Shown: positions 9,297 through 16,565 of the stretch, one piece after another
Layout of the letters: every line of letters begins with the position of its first letter
Position numbering within the stretch: position 1 is the first letter of the stretch
Made by a program: the position numbers and the translations under genes
Assembly: GCA_964491115.1 (NCBI GenBank)
Contig: CAZBEW010000002.1
Location: 62-64,061, forward strand
Length of the DNA stretch: 64,000 bases
From: an uncultured Pseudomonadales bacterium
Lineage (GTDB): Bacteria; Patescibacteriota; Microgenomatia; UBA1400; PJMF01
Reading direction: 5' to 3'
The notes under the pieces: generated by a model
Databases searched by the model: none
Told to the model about the DNA's origin: nothing
Seen by the model: the letters and a program-made list of their open reading frames with translations, nothing else

Positions 9297-10256
9297 ATGA
9301 CACAAAAAAAATATCGCACAATAGACCTATTTGCAGGCATGGGAGGCATTCGAATTGGTTTTGAGAAAGTTGGATTTGAGACTGTTTTTGCTAATGATTT
9401 TGATCATGATTGTAAAATTACCTATGATTTAAATTTTAATAAAACAAAGCTTCTTGTTCAGGATATAAGATCAATTCCAACCTCAAGCTTTCCCGATTTT
9501 GATTATATGTTGGCTGGATTTCCGTGCCAACCTTTTTCAGTTGCTGGTTACAGGCAAGGATTTTCCGATCTGCAGGGTAGAGGCAATTTGTTTTTTTATA
9601 TGGCAAGAATAATTCAAAACAGAAAACCAGCGGGCTTTCTACTGGAAAATGTTAAAAATTTAGAAGGTCACGATGGTGGTAAAACTTTTAGGATAATTAC
9701 AAAAACATTAGAAAATTTAGGCTATCACATTCAAACAAAAGTATTAAACACGATGGAATACGGTAATTTGCCACAAAATAGGGAAAGAATTTATATTGTT
9801 GGTTTTAATAATAAACAGACTTCTCATAACTTTAAATTTCCAGAAAAAATTAATCTTAAAATAAAAACTCAAGATTTGTTAGAGAAGGAAGTTCATGAAA
9901 AATATTACTACAATAATAAACCTTTATTTCCTAGAATTAAAGATTCTATTACTAGAGAAGATACCTTATATCAATGGAGACGTAAATATATTCGTGAAAA
10001 TAAAAAAGGAGTTTGTCCAACTTTAACAGCAAATATGGGTACTGGTGGACACAACGTGCCAATTATAAAACAAGGAAAAATAATAAGAAAATTAACACCA
10101 CGTGAGTGTGCAAGGTTTCAAGGTTTTCCAGACTCCTATATATTGCCAGAGATTGCTGATAGCAAGTTGTACAAGCAGATTGGGAATTCAGTCTCAATAC
10201 CGGTCATTAAAAGAATTGCTAGGAATATGAAACTGGCTATTGATAGCGGGTCATAA
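9297..10256 (+). CDS. DNA (cytosine-5)-methyltransferase, type II
   Basis: Motif I DLFAGMGGIRIGF, motif IV GFPCQPFSVAG, motif VI ENVKNL, C-terminal QIGNSVSIPV. This is canonical Dcm/C5-MTase. Confidence 0.9.
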   Translation: MTQKKYRTIDLFAGMGGIRIGFEKVGFETVFANDFDHDCKITYDLNFNKTKLLVQDIRSIPTSSFPDFDYMLAGFPCQPFSVAGYRQGFSDLQGRGNLFFYMARIIQNRKPAGFLLENVKNLEGHDGGKTFRIITKTLENLGYHIQTKVLNTMEYGNLPQNRERIYIVGFNNKQTSHNFKFPEKINLKIKTQDLLEKEVHEKYYYNNKPLFPRIKDSITREDTLYQWRRKYIRENKKGVCPTLTANMGTGGHNVPIIKQGKIIRKLTPRECARFQGFPDSYILPEIADSKLYKQIGNSVSIPVIKRIARNMKLAIDSGS

Positions 10257-10257
10257 G

Positions 10258-11070
10258 TTATTTGTTAAAAAACTTATTAAGTTCTTTCTCAATATGATAT
10301 TCAATTTGATCATTGTCAACAATGTCTCTCAACTTAATTGTTGCAGGATATAAATTGTTAAAACCCCATGTGATTAGAAAATTGTTATCTTGTAATTCTT
10401 TGGCATATAACCTCAGTTCCATTCTCTTTTTACTTTTATATATTTTAACGTTGCCAAGAGCGCTATCAATATAATTGTTCACAAAAACTGATGTAGAAGA
10501 TGACTTTTTTATAGTTAATGTATTAATAGCTTCTTGATTTATTTTAGCGATTGATAAATGAATGTTGTTGCCAGCTCTGATAAAAATAAAATAGAATATT
10601 TTTTTTAAATTAAAATCTAAAAGTGGTTGTTTTAATTTTTCTAGCAAAATTTTTTGCCAACCTACTAGAATTTTTTCATACTCTTGATTTTCAAATGCCT
10701 GATCTAGTGTTTTTCCAAATCCCTTGAAATTTTGTCCCAACGAAGTTTCATTGGTTTGGGAACTAATTAAGTTGCCCTGTTTATCCACTTTTGCTGAGAC
10801 AAATTTAACATCCACTCCATAATCATTAATTTTAAAAGCATCAATTGGATAATTGCCCGATCCTATTGGCTCTAAATCACAGCCCTGGACTATCCATTGT
10901 TCTAAAAATTCCTTAGTTATTTGAATGTCATTATTTTTTTTATTTATGGTTAGAGATTCTGGTTGAGAAAACGCTACCTTTTTTAATAAATAGTTAATAA
11001 CCTTGTAGGCCTTATGATCTATCAATTCAAGCATTTCTTTTTTAGATAAAAAATCCATTACATAAATCAT
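10258..11070 (-). CDS. putative type II restriction endonuclease (cognate of adjacent C5-MTase)
   Basis: Tail-to-tail with the MTase (stops 1 nt apart). Contains a PD-(D/E)xK-like motif YPIDAFKINDYGVDVKFVSAK (PID...DVK). Very AT-rich. No family-level identification is possible from sequence alone. Confidence 0.5.
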   Translation of the reverse strand: MIYVMDFLSKKEMLELIDHKAYKVINYLLKKVAFSQPESLTINKKNNDIQITKEFLEQWIVQGCDLEPIGSGNYPIDAFKINDYGVDVKFVSAKVDKQGNLISSQTNETSLGQNFKGFGKTLDQAFENQEYEKILVGWQKILLEKLKQPLLDFNLKKIFYFIFIRAGNNIHLSIAKINQEAINTLTIKKSSSTSVFVNNYIDSALGNVKIYKSKKRMELRLYAKELQDNNFLITWGFNNLYPATIKLRDIVDNDQIEYHIEKELNKFFNK

Positions 11071-11196
11071 AAAGCTCCTAAATAGAACCCAAAGTGTTTA
11101 TACTGTATTATAACTCTAATTAATCAAATCGGGTAATTTTTAAACACACTCTTTTTCTTCTAAAGAAGATTGTTAAACTTATTTAACTATAATTTT

Positions 11197-11355
11197 TCAC
11201 CCTCTCTCCCAATCCAATTCATCAATTAAGCTCTCGGCATTGTCTAGTTCGCCTTGGTCGATTAATTCCTCAATTTCAGCACTTTCATCATCCGTCAGCA
11301 ACTCTTCTATATCTCCCAGCCTTGATACCAGCTCATCTTGTCTTTCTACATCCAT
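11197..11355 (-). CDS. small acidic hypothetical protein (52 aa)
   Basis: ATG at 11355 (revcomp) to TGA at 11197; MDVERQDELVSRLGDIEELLTDDESAEIEELIDQGELDNAESLIDELDWERG. Not in the ORF track (<60 aa). Divergent from the DUF2779 gene with a ~22-bp gap. Could be spurious. Confidence 0.25.
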   Translation of the reverse strand: MDVERQDELVSRLGDIEELLTDDESAEIEELIDQGELDNAESLIDELDWERG

Positions 11356-11377
11356 TCTTTAATTATATAATCAAACT

Positions 11378-12880
11378 ATGACCATTTCCAAATCCGACTA
11401 CATGCTTTTTCTGCGCCACCCGGCTTGGTTGTGGCTTAAAAAACACCAGCCCCAGCGCTTGCCCGAAGCCGATGCCAATCTCCAGGCCATTTTTGCCAGT
11501 GGCCAGCAATTTGAGGCTTATGCGGAACAGCTCTTTCTTGGGGCAGTTAAATTGGGTTTTGCTGGTTATGATCAATATTTGCGCTTGCCAGAGAAAACTC
11601 AAGCCTTAATTGACCAGCACACTCCCTGTATTTTGCAGGGGAGGCTAGAAGTTGATGGTTTGACTTGCATTTTTGATGTGTTGGAGCGGGTGGATGAACA
11701 GACTTTTAATTTAATTGAAATAAAATCTGGCACTAAGGTAAAAGATACCCATCTTTACGATTTAGCTTTTCAAAGCTTGATTTTAGAGCGTTTGGGCTGG
11801 CAGGTGGGGGAGATCAGTGTTGTGCATGCTGACAGAGACTATGTGCGCCAAGGGGAAATTGATCCCGAGCAATTATGCAGTCGCAGTGAGATCACTCAAG
11901 AGGTTAAAGCCCTTTTGCCACAAACTAAAGACTTAGTTGAGCTAGCCAAGACTGTGCTCAAACAGCCACAGCCGCCTTCTTTTTCACCTAGTTTAGCCAA
12001 TTTAATTGGGGTAAAAGAGACCAACTGGCTCCAAGAGTGGTTGGCCATTTATTCGCAGCTTCATCCTGATTTAGCTAAATACAATATTTATCAGCTAGCT
12101 GGAGCAAAAGCCGAGCAATTGGGCAAATTAGAGAAGCAGGGGATTCAGCTCTTAGCCGATATTCCTGACGAATTAGCCATAACCACCAAACAAAAGTTGC
12201 AAATCCAGACAACGCGGACTGGCCAACCCTTGATTAATCAGTCGGCAGTTAAGGATTTTTTAGCCAGCTTGCACTATCCTTTATATTTTTTAGATTATGA
12301 AACGATGAATGCCGTCATTCCTTTTTTTGACGGGATGAGGCCTTATCAAGATTATCCTTTTCAGTATTCCTTGCATTTATTAAGGGAGCCTGGCGGCAAA
12401 GTAGAGCATTTTGCCTATTTGCATCAAGCCAAGAGCAATCCTTTGCCAGGATTAATCGCTCAATTAAAGCAAGAATTGGGCGAGCAGGGCAGTATTCTCA
12501 CCTGGAATATGAGCTATGAAAAGGGCTGTCATCAACGCATGGCTGATTTTTATCCAGAGGAGGCGGAGTTTTTTGAGCAAGTTAATGAACGCATCGTGGA
12601 TTTGATGACTGTCTTTAAAAACTTGGATTTTGTCGATCGAGATTTTATGGGCAGTGCTAGTTTGAAATATGTTTTACCCGTTTTAGCTCCCGAATTAAGC
12701 TACGCTGATTTAAATGTTGGCGATGGTTTGTTCGCTAGACGGCTGTGGATAGCCACTATTTTGCTGGGTAAAAATAAGCGGGATAAAGAGGCAATTTTAC
12801 AAGATTTGATGGATTATTGTACTCTAGATACCTACGGCATGGTTCGGATTTTAGAGGTGTTGGAGAAGGTGGCGGAGTGA
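11378..12880 (+). CDS. DUF2779-like protein (N-terminal RecB-like nuclease fold + C-terminal RNase-H-like 3'-5' exonuclease-like domain)
   Basis: N-terminus ISKSDYMLFLRHPAWLWLKK and C-terminal FLDYETMNAVIPFFDGMRPYQDYPFQYSLH match the conserved DUF2779 blocks (YLDFET...PYQxxPFQxSxH). GC is noticeably higher than in neighbouring genes. Confidence 0.6.
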   Translation: MTISKSDYMLFLRHPAWLWLKKHQPQRLPEADANLQAIFASGQQFEAYAEQLFLGAVKLGFAGYDQYLRLPEKTQALIDQHTPCILQGRLEVDGLTCIFDVLERVDEQTFNLIEIKSGTKVKDTHLYDLAFQSLILERLGWQVGEISVVHADRDYVRQGEIDPEQLCSRSEITQEVKALLPQTKDLVELAKTVLKQPQPPSFSPSLANLIGVKETNWLQEWLAIYSQLHPDLAKYNIYQLAGAKAEQLGKLEKQGIQLLADIPDELAITTKQKLQIQTTRTGQPLINQSAVKDFLASLHYPLYFLDYETMNAVIPFFDGMRPYQDYPFQYSLHLLREPGGKVEHFAYLHQAKSNPLPGLIAQLKQELGEQGSILTWNMSYEKGCHQRMADFYPEEAEFFEQVNERIVDLMTVFKNLDFVDRDFMGSASLKYVLPVLAPELSYADLNVGDGLFARRLWIATILLGKNKRDKEAILQDLMDYCTLDTYGMVRILEVLEKVAE

Positions 12881-12965
12881 GAATAAAGAGCTGTGCAAAG
12901 TAGCAACAATCATAGCTAATTTTTTACAATTGTTAGTTTTTGGATAATCGCTTTGCGTTTCTTTT

Positions 12966-13005
12966 TGCAAATTTTAGTTTTCCTATGCAAATTTTAGCTT
13001 TCCTA
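12966..13005. repeat. 20-bp tandem duplication tgcaaattttag(t/c)tttccta x2 in promoter region
   Basis: Read directly; lies ~65 bp upstream of the GTG start at 13071, followed by a tatgctacact -10-like box. Confidence 0.6.
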
Positions 13006-13070
13006 GCACACAAACATAAAGTTATCATAAAGTTTTTCTAAAAACTTGTAATTATGCTACACTAAACTTA

Positions 13071-14009
13071 GTGCCAAAGCCTACACCTGCTCTAGTTATT
13101 CATGCCCTTGTTCTTTCTTTAAGTATTTTAGCTTTTTATGTTTTTTGCTTTGCAGTTGCTGACCGTCAACTGATTTTTCTTTACAATCATATGGGCTATG
13201 GGCCTTTGGCAGACTTTAATATATCTCGACACTGGATGACTGGTTTGGTAGTGGGGGGTTGGCTTTTAATTTCTTATTTACCCATTAATTTAATTCTGCA
13301 GAAAGTATATAAAAAATATCAATTTCCAGATTGGGCAAATTTAAGCTGCTATGTATGTTTATTTTTATCTTTACCTTTATTTTTCTTGCTTAATTTTATT
13401 GTTGAGCCGGTTTTGCCTTTTTTGCTTAATTTAACTATTTTTTTCATTTTATTTTTAAGTGTGCGCCTGGTTTTATATTTAACTCATCTCGCTCTCAAAA
13501 ATTTTAAAGACTTTTTCTGGCTGACGATCGACGCTTGTTCGCTCTTGCCCGTGCTTTTTATTTTGCCGATCTTAACGCAATTTGGTCTTAGGCGCTCTTT
13601 TCCGCTTTTTGGCTTATTTCTTGTCTCACCGCTGGTGATGATGCTGCTGGCTGGCTTGTGCTTTGCTCTGATCACTTGGCTAACTAAGCGGGTTAAACGC
13701 ACTCAGCCTAGCTCTCTACAACTGTTCTTGTCGGCTTTAAGCAGTGCTTATCTATTTGTTCCTTTTGTGCACTATTTTTCGTCAAATCCTGGCGGAACTT
13801 TATATATTAGCAATAGTGATAACTTTTTTGCGAATAATCCGCTTATTCAAATTGCTAGTTATATATTAGTGTTGGTCTTGCTCAAAGTTTTTAGCAAGTG
13901 GCGAGGGCAAGAGAAGAGCGATGATTTTAAAGCCACGCTTAAACTATTTTTGCTTTTACTTGGCTTGGTTTTGTATATTTTTGGCTTGCGCCAGCTTTTA
14001 AGCACTTAA
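13071..14009 (+). CDS. polytopic integral membrane protein, hypothetical
   Basis: GTG start; ~8-9 hydrophobic helices (LVIHALVLSLSILAFYVFCF..., FFLLNFIVEPVLPFLL..., LLGLVLYIFGL). No motif recognised. Confidence 0.55.
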   Translation: MPKPTPALVIHALVLSLSILAFYVFCFAVADRQLIFLYNHMGYGPLADFNISRHWMTGLVVGGWLLISYLPINLILQKVYKKYQFPDWANLSCYVCLFLSLPLFFLLNFIVEPVLPFLLNLTIFFILFLSVRLVLYLTHLALKNFKDFFWLTIDACSLLPVLFILPILTQFGLRRSFPLFGLFLVSPLVMMLLAGLCFALITWLTKRVKRTQPSSLQLFLSALSSAYLFVPFVHYFSSNPGGTLYISNSDNFFANNPLIQIASYILVLVLLKVFSKWRGQEKSDDFKATLKLFLLLLGLVLYIFGLRQLLST

Positions 14010-14062
14010 TGTTTTTACTTGAAAAGGCTAATTTTTCGGCTTATGATGAATATATAGATTAA

Positions 14063-15028
14063 TTGAAAGTAATTATGCCCAAAACTGCCTCTAAACAACC
14101 CTCTAAACAGTCCTCTAAACGCCCCTCTCAACAGCCAATGCTGCGCTTCTCTTATGTTTTCTTTTTTATTATTGCTTTAGCCATTTTAGCTTTAGCGCTA
14201 ACTTATAAAAATATTACTCGACAGTCAGCAACAAATGGCATTCTCCTGCTCATTGAAACGACCGGCGATATTACTGGTTATTATAAGTGGGAAGAAACTT
14301 TGGACGCTAAAAATTATAAGGCGATTGTTCAACCGGATAGAGTAGTGTTGGAGGCTTATCCAGACTATTTTCGTCATTTAGCGGCCAAAGGTTATGAAGT
14401 GGCAACTGTTTATGGCGAGGCGCCTTTTTGGCACATGCCTTATGAGAAACAATACGCGATTATGAAAGAATATAAAGAATCGGCAGAGGCGATTTTGCAG
14501 CAACCGATTAAAATTTTTGCTTCTAAATATTTTGCTTATGATGAAAATACCCTCAAGGCAGCCGATGCTTTGGGCATTCCCTATGTGCTAGGGCGGGGAT
14601 GTGGTGTTGAAGCCGTCATCTATACCCCCCAGGAGTATCAGGCGCGGATTTTGTTGGTGTCAAATTTAGTTTTTGGCGAGATGGGTTCGGGTTCGCTTTG
14701 TGATGTTAGTTTGTATCAACGTGGTTCGCTAACTGAAGACTTTGCTCAACTTTTACAAGAAAGTCTTGATCAACAGCCGCAGGATATGGTTTTAGTATCT
14801 CACGTTTATATTGGCGGCACTCGGCTTGACTGGTGGAATATTTATGAGCAGGCACTTAATTCCAGGCAAGTGAAGTGGCAAAGTTTTGACCAGTGGGCCA
14901 GCATAGCCAAAACTATTAGTTTGCCTTACGCGGAAATTCCCTTTAACGACGAAGTGAAATATGTCGATCCAAAGCCAGCTATGCCTTTGGAAGAGATGGA
15001 ACTCTTGCCAGAATTAAAGAAAAATTAA
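14063..15028 (+). CDS. membrane-anchored hypothetical protein (possibly polysaccharide-deacetylase-like fold; low confidence on function)
   Basis: Basic N-terminus, then a single TM (FSYVFFFIIALAILALALTY), then a ~270-aa soluble domain. Functional guess only. Confidence 0.5.
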   Translation: MKVIMPKTASKQPSKQSSKRPSQQPMLRFSYVFFFIIALAILALALTYKNITRQSATNGILLLIETTGDITGYYKWEETLDAKNYKAIVQPDRVVLEAYPDYFRHLAAKGYEVATVYGEAPFWHMPYEKQYAIMKEYKESAEAILQQPIKIFASKYFAYDENTLKAADALGIPYVLGRGCGVEAVIYTPQEYQARILLVSNLVFGEMGSGSLCDVSLYQRGSLTEDFAQLLQESLDQQPQDMVLVSHVYIGGTRLDWWNIYEQALNSRQVKWQSFDQWASIAKTISLPYAEIPFNDEVKYVDPKPAMPLEEMELLPELKKN

Positions 15029-15050
15029 GCATTATTATTGGGATTTTTTC

Positions 15051-16469
15051 CTACTCCATCATTTTTATAAATTCTTCTTCTTTTCCAGCAAAAAATTGTA
15101 GTAAATTGTCTATATGCCATTGGTCATTTTTATTAAAGTACATGTCCTCAGCTAATTGGGGGTCGAGCTTGAAAGTTCTAATAAAACTAAGCCATTTCAT
15201 ACTATGTTTTGTTCCAGCTAAAACAAGTGACATACCAAAAGCATTTGCCCCTTTTTCTCTAAAAGCAGCTTTGGCAGTGTAATAATGAGTAGCAGCCTCA
15301 TCCAATCCTGTTAGAAAGTTGGTGTCTCCACTAAGAATGTGCAAACACTCGTGGTAAACAATTGACCAGAGTACCTGCTCTGTCAATTCTGCTAATAAAT
15401 CTTCTTTTGATTGATTTTTATCATCCACAAACTGCGGATTTATTGCTTCATCGGTGCTGTTGTAAGAATAGGGAATGTATTGAGCTATAAGATTGATCAT
15501 TCCCTGTTGATCGTCTGGTAGAGTAAAATTCTCTCTTTTGATTAAGTGATAAATTTTTATAAATACTGGATTGAGAATCTTTTCCATTATCAATTCTTGA
15601 TTAAATAGAATTAAACCTTGTCTTAAAGTTCTAGCGTAACTTGAATGCTGAACTACCTCATTAGAGTAAGTGTTAGCAAAAGTTTCATAATCATCATTAT
15701 TGAGGAAAAACGCTTGCTTGTTAGTAAGGGTATTAAAAAATATTTGCGATTGCTCACTAGCTTTGGCGAAAAAATCATGAGCTACACAGGCTGAAGCGTC
15801 TTGAAAAATCTTTTGCCTATCTAAGCCAGCAATTTCGGGCATTTCATTGAAATTACTTTGTATCTCATAGGCATAAGAAGCAGTTCGTTCTTTATATGCA
15901 GTATTACTAAAATCATCTTCTAGCTCCTGACCCGTTTCTTCCTGCCCCTTTTCTGTTAATTCACGGAAATATGGTAAAGAGATACTATTTAGACCAAGCA
16001 TGGCTGAATATTGAACATTATTTCCATTAAACTGAAAAATTTTAGGTAAAATTTGTTGGAGTTTTCCAGGATCAACACTGTTAAGCTTTAAACTATCATT
16101 TTTGGCAATTAGAAAATGCTCGGGACTTTTATCTGGTTCTTCAATGGCGATTAAAATGCCATCCTTATTTTTTTCAAAACTGATGCCTCCTACACTTTCA
16201 AAACTGTTGCCATCTTTGGTTTTTCTAACTAAAGGTTTATAAAAACCCATAGGCATACTCTGAAAATTTTTTTCCAGCAGTTGTCTGATAAGGTTGATTT
16301 GTGCAAGCTCAATTAAGCCTTCATTTTCAACAGTAAATAGTTTTGTTTCATCAAGAGGAGGGTAGATGTTTGCTGGATCAAGCGCTTGACGCTCTTGATC
16401 TAGATTGCTTTCCTGCTTAATAACTGTTTGCTCCTTATTTTCTTGTTTTATTTGCATTTCTATAATCAA
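15051..16469 (-). CDS. HExxH-motif protein (putative zinc metallopeptidase-like), hypothetical
   Basis: Contains VYHECLHILSGD (HExxH) near the C-terminus. No TM. Last gene of a minus-strand run behind the giant membrane protein. Confidence 0.5.
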   Translation of the reverse strand: MIIEMQIKQENKEQTVIKQESNLDQERQALDPANIYPPLDETKLFTVENEGLIELAQINLIRQLLEKNFQSMPMGFYKPLVRKTKDGNSFESVGGISFEKNKDGILIAIEEPDKSPEHFLIAKNDSLKLNSVDPGKLQQILPKIFQFNGNNVQYSAMLGLNSISLPYFRELTEKGQEETGQELEDDFSNTAYKERTASYAYEIQSNFNEMPEIAGLDRQKIFQDASACVAHDFFAKASEQSQIFFNTLTNKQAFFLNNDDYETFANTYSNEVVQHSSYARTLRQGLILFNQELIMEKILNPVFIKIYHLIKRENFTLPDDQQGMINLIAQYIPYSYNSTDEAINPQFVDDKNQSKEDLLAELTEQVLWSIVYHECLHILSGDTNFLTGLDEAATHYYTAKAAFREKGANAFGMSLVLAGTKHSMKWLSFIRTFKLDPQLAEDMYFNKNDQWHIDNLLQFFAGKEEEFIKMME

Positions 16470-16565
16470 TCTATTTGATTGGATGACATATTGCTAGCGC
16501 GATCGTATAAATCAACACTAATAAATCAATTCTCGCTATTTTAGCTGATTTTAGCCGACCAAAGA

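Noticed and set aside
16470-16565. gctagcgcgatcg palindromic cluster between HExxH gene and giant membrane gene
   Set aside because: Overlapping short restriction-site-like palindromes (GCTAGC, CGATCG), but no extended symmetry or repeat. Probably chance in a 96-bp spacer, though it could be an operator.
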